A stretch of 64,000 bases of DNA from an uncultured Verrucomicrobiae bacterium (GTDB lineage: Bacteria > Verrucomicrobiota > Verrucomicrobiia > Chthoniobacterales > UBA10450). The translations under genes and the position numbers were made by a program. The notes below the pieces were generated by a model, which was not told the origin of the DNA, ran no database searches, and saw only the letters and a program-made list of their open reading frames with translations. The stretch covers positions 608,001 to 672,000 of the forward strand of contig CAVSDR010000006.1 of assembly GCA_963726745.1 (NCBI GenBank). Direction: 5' to 3'. Positions 19,218 to 27,555 of this stretch are shown here, one piece after another. How positions within the stretch are numbered: the first letter of the stretch is position 1; every line of letters starts with the position of its first letter.

Positions 19218-20927
19218 ATGTCCCAGCCGGCTACCGCTATTCAGGATCGAATTCTGCGCATCATCGTCGTCGCCGGCAGCATCTGCGTTGCGCTCGGTCT
19301 CCTCTTTTACTTCGGGCACAAGCTGCTCCTGCGCTGGCAGGGGCCGCGGCTGGCAAAGCAAGCGCAGCTCGCGGTCTATCAGGACCGTCTCAAGGAAGCC
19401 TCATTGCTCGCCCGGCGCGCGCTCCAGATCAATCCGGACGACCCGGACGCCGCGCGCGCCGCTGCGGAAATCGCAGAAAAGCAAGGCCTGCCCGAGGCGA
19501 TCGAGTGGCGGCAACGCGTCTTGAAAGCGTTGCCAAATTCCGCCTCGGACCGGATCGCACTCGCATGGGCCGCATTGCGCTTCAAGAATCTGGAACTCGC
19601 TCGCACCACCCTGGCGGCCCTGCCGGAAGCCGACCGGCAAAGTGCAGCGTATCATGCAGCAGCGGCGGAATTAGCCGGCGCCTTGAATCAGCTTGAGGAA
19701 GCGGATGGGCATTACGCCGAGGCGCTCCGTCTCGAGCCAACAAACAATCAATATCGGTTTTCACGCGCCGTCCTGGGCCTTCGCCTCCTGGATCGTCGCT
19801 CGGCCGCAGAGGAAACTCTGCGCGGCCTGGCCGCCGACCCGGCGTTCGCTCCGAAAGCCCGTGGAGCGCTTCTCGCGGACGCCCTTTCGACTTTCGACTG
19901 GAGAAAGGCGCTGCCGATAGCAGAGGAAATCGCGCATCTCCCGGAGGCGACCTTCAACGATCAGATCGTTTATCTCGATTTACTGCGACGCACCGGGAGC
20001 GAGCTCCTGGGGAATTATCTACAGCAGTTGCAAGAGAAAGCCGCCGCCACGCCCGAGCACCTGGCCACATTACTCCTTTGGATGCGGGACAACGGCAAGG
20101 CGGAAGCAGCCTTGGCGTGGTCTGAAACTCTGCCCGCGGAAAGCAAGCAAGGCGGCAACGTCCAGGCGGCAATTGCCCTCTGCAATCTCACGCTGCAGAA
20201 ATGGGATGCATTGGAAGCGGCCGTGCGTGCTGGGCACTGGGAGAAATGGGAATATCTGCGCCTGGCCCTCCAGGCTCGGACGCTGAAGGAGCGGGCCAAC
20301 CGCGACCTGTTCGAAGAAACTTGGGAGAATGCTGTCTCCACCGCGACCGGACAGCCCAACGGGATCCCGCAACTGCTTCGCCTCGCAACGGAATGGGGCT
20401 GGACCCGGGAGCAACGCACTCTCTACTGGGCGCTCGCCGAGAATCCCGCAACGGCAAACACGGCGCTGCTTTGGCTCTACCAAAGTTACCGCGACGAAAA
20501 GAATACGCCTGGATTGCAGCGAGTAAGCGCGAAGCTTGCGCAAATTCATCCGGAGGACGACGCGGCGAAGAACAACTTGGTCATGTTTGCCCTTCTATTA
20601 GGCCGGGCAACGGACCGCGATTTCGAGACCGCTCACGCGCTTTTCGAGCGCCACCCCGGCGAGGCGACCTTCGTTTCGACCTATGCCTACTCTCTCTTGC
20701 TCCAGGGCAAAAAGCAGGAGGCGCGACAGGTCATGGAAGCGTTGCGGCCCGATCAATTGGAGGAGGAAAGCACCGCGGCCTATTATGGTCTCATCCTGGC
20801 TGCGAACGGTGCTGGCACGGCCGCCCAACGCTACCTGGCGCTGGCAAAAACCGGACCACTCCTTCCGGAAGAACAAAAATTGATCGCCGAAGCCGAGAAA
20901 AAGATGCGAGACTCCGATTCGAGGTGA
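19218..20927 (+). CDS. Membrane-anchored TPR-repeat protein
   Basis: Single N-terminal TM helix; TPR-like ARRALQINPD and YAEALRLEP; C-terminal FVSTYA..YYGLILAA..LLPEE. Paralog of 27556-29256. Confidence 0.75.
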   Translation: MSQPATAIQDRILRIIVVAGSICVALGLLFYFGHKLLLRWQGPRLAKQAQLAVYQDRLKEASLLARRALQINPDDPDAARAAAEIAEKQGLPEAIEWRQRVLKALPNSASDRIALAWAALRFKNLELARTTLAALPEADRQSAAYHAAAAELAGALNQLEEADGHYAEALRLEPTNNQYRFSRAVLGLRLLDRRSAAEETLRGLAADPAFAPKARGALLADALSTFDWRKALPIAEEIAHLPEATFNDQIVYLDLLRRTGSELLGNYLQQLQEKAAATPEHLATLLLWMRDNGKAEAALAWSETLPAESKQGGNVQAAIALCNLTLQKWDALEAAVRAGHWEKWEYLRLALQARTLKERANRDLFEETWENAVSTATGQPNGIPQLLRLATEWGWTREQRTLYWALAENPATANTALLWLYQSYRDEKNTPGLQRVSAKLAQIHPEDDAAKNNLVMFALLLGRATDRDFETAHALFERHPGEATFVSTYAYSLLLQGKKQEARQVMEALRPDQLEEESTAAYYGLILAANGAGTAAQRYLALAKTGPLLPEEQKLIAEAEKKMRDSDSR

Positions 20928-21101
20928 GATTTGCGGCGAAATTCGCAGGGCTGACTCTCAAGAATGACCAAGCAAAAATAGTGCTTGCAGTCATTATGAT
21001 TTTTATAATACGGTTTCGAATGTCGCTTGAATCTCCAATTAAGCGCTTGCAGATCGCCAACCGAAATCGCTAAACCAAACCTAGAGATCACCGAATACAT
21101 C

Positions 21102-22040
21102 ATGACAAAACGCTTCTACTCCTCCTTGAACGGTCTCACCCCCACTGCCCTTTGCGCCTTCGCATTGCTTTTCGGGAATCCGTTGTCCGCCAATGCCTCC
21201 TTCTCGAATATGCTGGCTCCGGCTGAGTATTATGCGGTTCTCGCCCTGAACGGGAATATCCAGCAATCCGGTCCTCTTCCTCCGTCGGGCGACAATCAGA
21301 ACAACATCCAAGGGAATATTGGTGTGGCCTCCAGTGGCTATAAATATCAAGGCAGCGGGAGCGTGAATACGCCTGGCTCCTTCGATATCCACACGGGCTC
21401 GAACTTCCAAACCTCCTCCCATGGCATCCAAGGGCCGGTAAACCAAAATTCCGCGGCAGACGCCCGTTTGGAAGCGGCAAAAGCCGCCGCGTTCGACACC
21501 TCCGCTTTTTTTGCCAGCCAGACGCCAACCGCGACCTACGGGTCGCTCGGTGGAGACTTTACGATCTCGCAGTCCAGCGTGGGCAACTACGTCTTCAACA
21601 TTAGTTCGATTAGCCTATCCGGGAACGACCGCATCACCCTGAGCGCCCCTGCAGGCAGCTGCTTCGTCCTAAACATTACCGGTAACATGTCCTTCTCGGG
21701 CTCGACCCACATCTCGTTGGCTGGCGGGCTGACCCCGGCGAACGTCCTCTACAACGTTCTCGGAACCGGCTCGGCGGTTTCTTTCAGCGGAGGCGGTAAT
21801 TCGTCTGGCGTTGATGGAATTATTCTCGCTGTGAATCGGAGCATTCAAATCTCACCCGGCTTGATCAACGGTGCGGTGATTGGGCGCGATATTAATATGT
21901 CTTCCGGCGCGAGCGTTATCGGGGTGGTGCCGGAAGTGAATGCGAGCCTCGTTATTCCTGGGTTCCTCGGCCTGATCATTCTCGCTTCGTCCGGCCGCTT
22001 TCTTCGCCGGAAAAGCGATTCGACTGATCTCTCCGTATAA
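21102..22040 (+). CDS. PEP-CTERM-type surface protein with choice-of-anchor A / ice-binding-like beta-helix domain
   Basis: Signal peptide; FVLNITG...GGLTPANVLYNV...GIILA; tail VPEVNAS-hydrophobic helix-RFLRRK. Confidence 0.75.
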   Translation: MTKRFYSSLNGLTPTALCAFALLFGNPLSANASFSNMLAPAEYYAVLALNGNIQQSGPLPPSGDNQNNIQGNIGVASSGYKYQGSGSVNTPGSFDIHTGSNFQTSSHGIQGPVNQNSAADARLEAAKAAAFDTSAFFASQTPTATYGSLGGDFTISQSSVGNYVFNISSISLSGNDRITLSAPAGSCFVLNITGNMSFSGSTHISLAGGLTPANVLYNVLGTGSAVSFSGGGNSSGVDGIILAVNRSIQISPGLINGAVIGRDINMSSGASVIGVVPEVNASLVIPGFLGLIILASSGRFLRRKSDSTDLSV

Positions 22041-22064
22041 TTTCGGTTTGGTTCTGCTCTGGTT

Positions 22065-22096
22065 AGCGGCCGCCCGAGTGGGCGGCCGCTTTTTTT
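22065..22096 (+). terminator. Rho-independent terminator
   Basis: AGCGGCCGCCC-gagt-GGGCGGCCGCT followed by TTTTTT. Confidence 0.9.
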
Positions 22097-22270
22097 ATCC
22101 GAACTCGCGGAAGAACCCTTAAGGATTTCCGGCAACTTCAAACTTAAAGGATTCAGTCGGCAGCCTTTACATTTTTCTCGTATCTTAAAACTCATCGCCA
22201 ACATTGAACCGTTTGTAAATCCCTGTTCGCCAATTGGTTAAGTCCACGTTCACATGATCAGAATAGAGTC

Positions 22271-22286
22271 TGGCACGCAATCGGCT
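22271..22286 (+). promoter_or_regulatory. Candidate sigma54 (-24/-12) promoter
   Basis: TGGCACGCAATCGGCT has a perfect -24 box and GG-N10-GC spacing; about 50 nt upstream of GTG 22335. The -12 box is imperfect. Confidence 0.45.
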
Positions 22287-22334
22287 AAGATTAAACACCC
22301 ACCTGTTCCAAAAGCGCTGAACCCCCAAACGCCC

Positions 22335-23288
22335 GTGAATTATTTACCCCGCATCGCATCATTAGGAGTCGTGGCTTTCCTCACTGCCGCCTCGAGCGTT
22401 TCCGCTCTCCCAGTGAATCTGGGCTCAGCAGGTCCGCAAAACTGGGGAGTTCTGCAGGTCGGCGACGGCACGATCACGCAGCAACAAACCAGTCTCTCCA
22501 ACCCGCAGGGCGGCATCATTGGGACAGTGGGTATCCAACAAAACGGCAAACTGCAGGGAAGCGGACCGCAAATCGTCGGCGATCTCTATTTAGGGGATAA
22601 CGCCAGCGCGCAGTTTAGCGGCAGTTACACGAACAATCAGCCGGTCACGGGAATCACGCATCTCGGTTCTGGGGCAACCGTTGGACCGGGGAGCTATTCT
22701 TTTAATCGCGTCAGTGACAATCCTCAGGCTCTGCTCAATCAGGCCCGTCTGGATGCGATCGCTGCATCCAGCGCAGCCTCGGCGCTCACCCCCACGTCCG
22801 CTTTACAGTCAATCAACCTGAAGACTGAGCTGACCTTGACCCCGGGGATCTACAATTTGAGCACCTTTCAACTGGATCACACTACGCTCACGCTGTCGGG
22901 TAGCGGGTCCTTTGTTTTCAACATTTCCAGCACGTTCAAGCTAAACAGCGGAAAGATCCTGCTCGCTAACGGGGCGATCGAGTCCGAAGTGCTCTTTAAT
23001 TATACTGGCACCAAGGATGTCGCGTTCTCCGGGGGCGGAAATGACTCCGAGCTTCACGGCATCATCCTGGCTTTGAATGCCAAGGTCAGCCTCGCGCCCG
23101 GCTTGGTCGTCGGCGAGATCATCAGCGGGAAAGATATCTCGATCGTTTCCGGCGCGATCGTAAAGCAAATGACGCCACCGATGAGCGTGCCTGATGCCTC
23201 CTCGACACTCTTCCTCCTCAGTCTGGCGACCGCGGGTTTGCTTGCGGCCAGGCATCGCGTGCTGTCTCTCCGCGGGACTCTTCGCTAG
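22335..23288 (+). CDS. VPDSG-CTERM (PEP-CTERM-like) surface protein with ice-binding-like beta-helix domain
   Basis: GTG start gives signal peptide ...FLTAASSVSA|LPVNLGSAG; LTPGIY, FVFNI, VLFNY..GIILA; tail VPDASSTLFLLSLATAGLLAARHR. Confidence 0.8.
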   Translation: MNYLPRIASLGVVAFLTAASSVSALPVNLGSAGPQNWGVLQVGDGTITQQQTSLSNPQGGIIGTVGIQQNGKLQGSGPQIVGDLYLGDNASAQFSGSYTNNQPVTGITHLGSGATVGPGSYSFNRVSDNPQALLNQARLDAIAASSAASALTPTSALQSINLKTELTLTPGIYNLSTFQLDHTTLTLSGSGSFVFNISSTFKLNSGKILLANGAIESEVLFNYTGTKDVAFSGGGNDSELHGIILALNAKVSLAPGLVVGEIISGKDISIVSGAIVKQMTPPMSVPDASSTLFLLSLATAGLLAARHRVLSLRGTLR

Positions 23289-23419
23289 CCCATGCCGGCG
23301 CCGAGGCCTCGGCGTTCGTTTCCGGTCTTAGACCATCCGCGCGGTTGCCCTTAACCCCATCCGCGATTTCTTGGTGCGCGAAGTCTCGAGCTTCGCCATC
23401 ATTCGGTTTCCGCTCCGCC

Positions 23420-26400
23420 ATGCGCTTGCTCTCGGGATACGCTGCTCGCCTTTCTGTCTTGATGCTTCTCGCGGGCTGCCTTTGCAGCTGTTCGGGAGAA
23501 GCGCGCAAGCAGAGCCATTTGCGGCGTGGCGATCAGTTTTTCGCCGCGGAGAAGTTTCCGGAAGCACAGCTGGAATATCTCAGCGCCCTCCAGTTCACTC
23601 CTCCGGACGTCGGTGCGCTGCGCCGCCTCGGGCACATTTCGCTGGCTAATGGCGCTCTCCCACGCGCCTATGCCTACTACTCGAAAGCGTTTGCGCTCCA
23701 GCCGGCGAACCCGGAGCCGCTTGCCAAGATCGCCCGGGTCGTCCTGCTCCTGGGCGAGAAGCAAGAGGCGCAAAAGCAGGCTGCGGAAGCGCTCGTCCGC
23801 ATGCCGGGTAATGGCGAAGCACTGCTCGTTTTGGCAGACGCCATCGGCAATGACGACGATGCGCACGTTGCCGAACAAGCGCTCTGGGAAACGCGGGCTC
23901 ATCCGACCGCGGCTTCCCATCTCGCCTGGTCACGCATCGCCCTCTATCGCGGGGACTCGCTTTGGGCAGAAAGCGAGCTGCGCCAAGCGTTGCAAGCGGA
24001 CCCGCGCTTTGCCGAAGCGCAACTCGCCCTCGCGAAACTGGAGGCCGCGCAAGGTCACCCCGACGCTTCCCGCTTGGAGTTCAGCCGCGCACTTGAGCTT
24101 GCTCCCCTCCGTTCCGAGGCCCCGATCGCGTATGCTCGCTTTTTGCTGGATGTCGACGGGTCGGGCGCTGCGCAGGCCTACCTTGAAAAAATCAACGAGC
24201 GGGCTCCCGATTTCCTTTTCGGCTGGCAACTCCAAGCCGAGCTCGCGTTTGCAGAGAAACAATGGGAGCGCGCGACCCACGCCTTGGAGAAAGTCTTCGC
24301 GTACGATGGCGATTCCATTCCCGCCCGCCTCCTGGAAAGTGAAATCTCCCTTACAGTCGGCGAGCCGACCAAAGCCGTAGGCACGCTCGAGCGACTCGTC
24401 GCTGCTTTCCCTGATGTGCCTCTTCTAAACTACCGCCTGGCACGTGCCTACCTGGCAAATAACCAAGCCGACGAGGCCGAATCCGTCTTGCAAAAGGCTC
24501 TCGCCCGCACGCCCGACTTCGGCAGTGCCATCCTCCTGCTCGCGCAAGTGAAAGTGGAGAAGGGCGACCCTGCGTTCGCCGCCCCCCTGCTCCAGCGTTT
24601 GCTCGAGAAACAGCCGGCACTTTCCACCGCTCGCCTCTTGTTGGCGCAAGCTTATCAAGCCTCTGGCCGAGGCGACGAAGCCATCGCCGTCTTGCGCGAA
24701 GAGACCGAGCGCAACCCGCAATCAGCCGACGCCTTCGTTGCGCTCGGCGAAATCCTGCATCGGAACGACCACGTTGCAGAGGCGCGCGCCGCCTTCCAGC
24801 GAGCCTCGGAACTCGATCCCGCCGCGCTCCAGCCTTGGGCGGCCTTGGTCGAACTCGACCTGGCCACCGGCGACTTCGCCGCCGCGACGGCGCGGGTCGA
24901 GAGCCGCTTGCGGGAAGCACCCCGGCTAGCACCCGCACATTTTCTCCTCGGGAAAATCGCTTACGCGCAGAAGAATTGGGCCGCTGCCGAGCAGGCGCTA
25001 TCGGCCACGCTTGCGCTGGATCCACATCTTGCAGGTGCCGCGGAGTTGCTCGTCTCGACCCACCTCGCAGCCGAGAACGTCCCCTTGGCGGTCGAACGCC
25101 TTCAGCGGGAACTCCAACGCGATCCCGCCAATGAGCAGAATTTAACCACGCTCGCGCTGCTCTACCACTCCACGGGCCAGTTCGAGCCGGCGCGCGACGT
25201 CTACGAAAAACTCCTCGCGCTCAATCCCGCTTCGCGGGCCGCCTTGAACAATCTCGCCTTTCTCTATGCCGATCATTTCCGGCAATTCGACCGCGCCTAC
25301 GAGCTCGCCCGCCGCGCCCGCCTGCTCCAACCCGGCGATCCTGCGGTGGCGGACACGCTCGGGTGGGTTTTGTTCCGCCAGGCGCGTTACCCGGAGGCGT
25401 TCACGCTCCTGCGCGAGGCCGCGCTGCGTCTGCCGGATAATCCCGAGGCGCAGGCACACTTTGGGACCGTGAGTTACATGATGGACAAGCTGGACCTCGC
25501 CCGCACCGCCTTCGCCAAAGCGGCCGCCGCGCCCGGCGATTCTGCCGGCAAAACGGAGGCCGCCCGCTGGCTGGCCTTCCTCGATACCAATTCCGGCGAG
25601 GCGCGCGATTTTTCCGTGCAACAACTCGAGGCCCTGGTGCAGGAGCGGCCGGAGGATGTGATCGCGCGCACCCGGCTGGGTGAGGCCTACGAGCGCGAAG
25701 GACTGGTGGTCCAGGCCGCGGCTGCTTTCGAAAAAGCGCTCAATGCCAATCCAAATTTAGTCAGCGCGATGGTCCGCCTGGCGAAGTTATACGCCGGACC
25801 AATCGCGAAACCGGCGCAGGCCTTGGCGCTGGCCAAGCGCGCCCGCGAGCTGGCTCCCACGGACCCGAAGATAACCGCCGTGCTGGGGCGGATCGCCTCC
25901 CAGCTGGGCCAGTTTGCCTGGGCCTACAATCTCCTGCAAATGAGCACCCGCGACCGCCCGGAGGATGTCGCCCTGCTCTTCGATTTTGCCTGCGCCACCT
26001 ACGGCGTCGGCAAAACCCAGGAAGCCCGCGCGCTCCTGCAGCGCGTCGTCGCGGCCGCGCCACCGCCGCCGATCGCCTCCGAGGCGGACGTTTACCTCCG
26101 CCTTCTGACGCTCGCGGAACGGCCGGAGGAACTCGGCGCGCACGAGGAGGAAATCTCTCGTCTCCGGCAAGCTCATCCCGATTCCCTGCCTGCGGCGATG
26201 GTCTTCGCCGCCTGGCAAAAAGTTAAAGGCCAGCCGCAGGCCGCTGCCGCCACTTACGGCGAGCTGCTCCGGCGTTTCCCTGATTTCGCACCCGCCCAGC
26301 ACTCGTTAGCCAGCATCCTGGCGGAGGACGAGAGCCAGCTCGATCGCGCCTATGAGCTGGCGACAAAGGCACGGCAGGCGATGCCGGCCGATCCCGCGGT

Positions 26401-26647
26401 GGCGCGGCTCCTGGGCGAACTTTGCGTGCGTAGAAAGCAATACCCCTACGGCGCGCAGCTCCTGCAGGAGAGTGCGAAGGCTGCCCCGCTCGATCCGCGC
26501 GGGCTCTACTTCCTCGCCGTCGCCTGGCTAAACACCGACCAAACCAGCGAAGCGCAAAGTGCTTTCGAGCGTGCGCTGCAGGCGGGCTTGGCGGAGCCTC
26601 TGGCCACGCTCGCGAAAAAAGCCGTGGGCAATCTTAAGCCAGATTGA
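23420..26647 (+). CDS. Long TPR-repeat lipoprotein, PrsT-like (PEP-CTERM system associated)
   Basis: Lipoprotein-like signal LAGCLCSC; many TPRs; ALNNLAFLYA and VADTLGWVLF motifs typical of PrsT-like proteins; flanked by PEP-CTERM genes. Confidence 0.8.
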   Translation: MRLLSGYAARLSVLMLLAGCLCSCSGEARKQSHLRRGDQFFAAEKFPEAQLEYLSALQFTPPDVGALRRLGHISLANGALPRAYAYYSKAFALQPANPEPLAKIARVVLLLGEKQEAQKQAAEALVRMPGNGEALLVLADAIGNDDDAHVAEQALWETRAHPTAASHLAWSRIALYRGDSLWAESELRQALQADPRFAEAQLALAKLEAAQGHPDASRLEFSRALELAPLRSEAPIAYARFLLDVDGSGAAQAYLEKINERAPDFLFGWQLQAELAFAEKQWERATHALEKVFAYDGDSIPARLLESEISLTVGEPTKAVGTLERLVAAFPDVPLLNYRLARAYLANNQADEAESVLQKALARTPDFGSAILLLAQVKVEKGDPAFAAPLLQRLLEKQPALSTARLLLAQAYQASGRGDEAIAVLREETERNPQSADAFVALGEILHRNDHVAEARAAFQRASELDPAALQPWAALVELDLATGDFAAATARVESRLREAPRLAPAHFLLGKIAYAQKNWAAAEQALSATLALDPHLAGAAELLVSTHLAAENVPLAVERLQRELQRDPANEQNLTTLALLYHSTGQFEPARDVYEKLLALNPASRAALNNLAFLYADHFRQFDRAYELARRARLLQPGDPAVADTLGWVLFRQARYPEAFTLLREAALRLPDNPEAQAHFGTVSYMMDKLDLARTAFAKAAAAPGDSAGKTEAARWLAFLDTNSGEARDFSVQQLEALVQERPEDVIARTRLGEAYEREGLVVQAAAAFEKALNANPNLVSAMVRLAKLYAGPIAKPAQALALAKRARELAPTDPKITAVLGRIASQLGQFAWAYNLLQMSTRDRPEDVALLFDFACATYGVGKTQEARALLQRVVAAAPPPPIASEADVYLRLLTLAERPEELGAHEEEISRLRQAHPDSLPAAMVFAAWQKVKGQPQAAAATYGELLRRFPDFAPAQHSLASILAEDESQLDRAYELATKARQAMPADPAVARLLGELCVRRKQYPYGAQLLQESAKAAPLDPRGLYFLAVAWLNTDQTSEAQSAFERALQAGLAEPLATLAKKAVGNLKPD

Positions 26648-26780
26648 AGCCAACTCCGGAGCTTTTCTCGGTTTCTCGCGAAGATTCTCTTTACATTGCG
26701 CCGTTTTTTTCTACAAAGTCCACGGTCAGAGCGGCTGCAGGCAAAGGGTGCCGCAGACCGCACCGGGAATCAAAAACATC

Positions 26781-27473
26781 ATGACCTCACATCGCTTCTT
26801 CGCCAAAACGTCATTGCTCGCCTTGGCTTTGCTCTGCGCCGCCTCCACCTCTTGGGCGGCCTTGGTTACCTGGGTCCTTAACCCCTCAAATCTTAATGCC
26901 GATGTCGGCTCGCCCACCCGCAGCTACACCGTCTCCGGCTTCAACATTGTCGCCTCCGGTTACGATCACCTCGCGGGCGGCGATCGTCTCCACCAGCTCC
27001 ACTACAAGTCGGAGCCGCCTGAGGGTGGCGCCATGGAGATCGGCCTCGGCCTTCAGAACACGAACGCAAACGAGCTCAATCTCATGCCGGATGGCACTCC
27101 GGAGCACTACATCCAGCTCGATTTGCGCTCGATCCTCGCCTTGGGCTTCGTGAACGGAAAAATCCAGGTCGCAAGCATGCAGGTGGGCGAAGGTTTCCGC
27201 CTCTTCGGTTCGAATAGCGCTGGCGTCCTCGGCTTGCAGCTTCCTGGCACCTGGACCGGCCTCGCCTTCGACAATCAATTTGTCTCCGTGCCGAACTTCG
27301 GCGCCTTCCAGTTTATCTCCGTCGCGGCCAACAGCGGACGCGTCCTGCCGGTGGCGTTTCAGGCCGAGATCAACCCGATCCCGGAGATGAGCGCGTTTTA
27401 CCCGATCATCGGGCTGGTGGCCGCGGTTTCGGTGGCGCAGGTCATTCGCCGCCGGCGCGCGGCTCTGCTCTAG
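26781..27473 (+). CDS. PEP-CTERM-type surface protein
   Basis: Signal peptide ...AASTSWA; tail IPEMSAFYPIIGLVAAVSVAQVIRRRR. Confidence 0.78.
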   Translation: MTSHRFFAKTSLLALALLCAASTSWAALVTWVLNPSNLNADVGSPTRSYTVSGFNIVASGYDHLAGGDRLHQLHYKSEPPEGGAMEIGLGLQNTNANELNLMPDGTPEHYIQLDLRSILALGFVNGKIQVASMQVGEGFRLFGSNSAGVLGLQLPGTWTGLAFDNQFVSVPNFGAFQFISVAANSGRVLPVAFQAEINPIPEMSAFYPIIGLVAAVSVAQVIRRRRAALL

Positions 27474-27500
27474 ACTTTCTGGATTCCTGTTTGGTTAAGG

Positions 27501-27533
27501 ACGGCCGCTCGCAAGGGCGGCCGTTTTCTTTTT
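27501..27533 (+). terminator. Rho-independent terminator
   Basis: ACGGCCGCTC-gcaa-GGGCGGCCGT followed by TTTCTTTTT. Confidence 0.85.
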
Positions 27534-27555
27534 CTCCGCATCTCCATCTTGCCGG

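Noticed and set aside
26720..26780. Sigma54 promoter upstream of the third PEP-CTERM gene
   Set aside because: AGGCAAAGGGTGCCGCA has GG-N11-GC spacing rather than the required N10.
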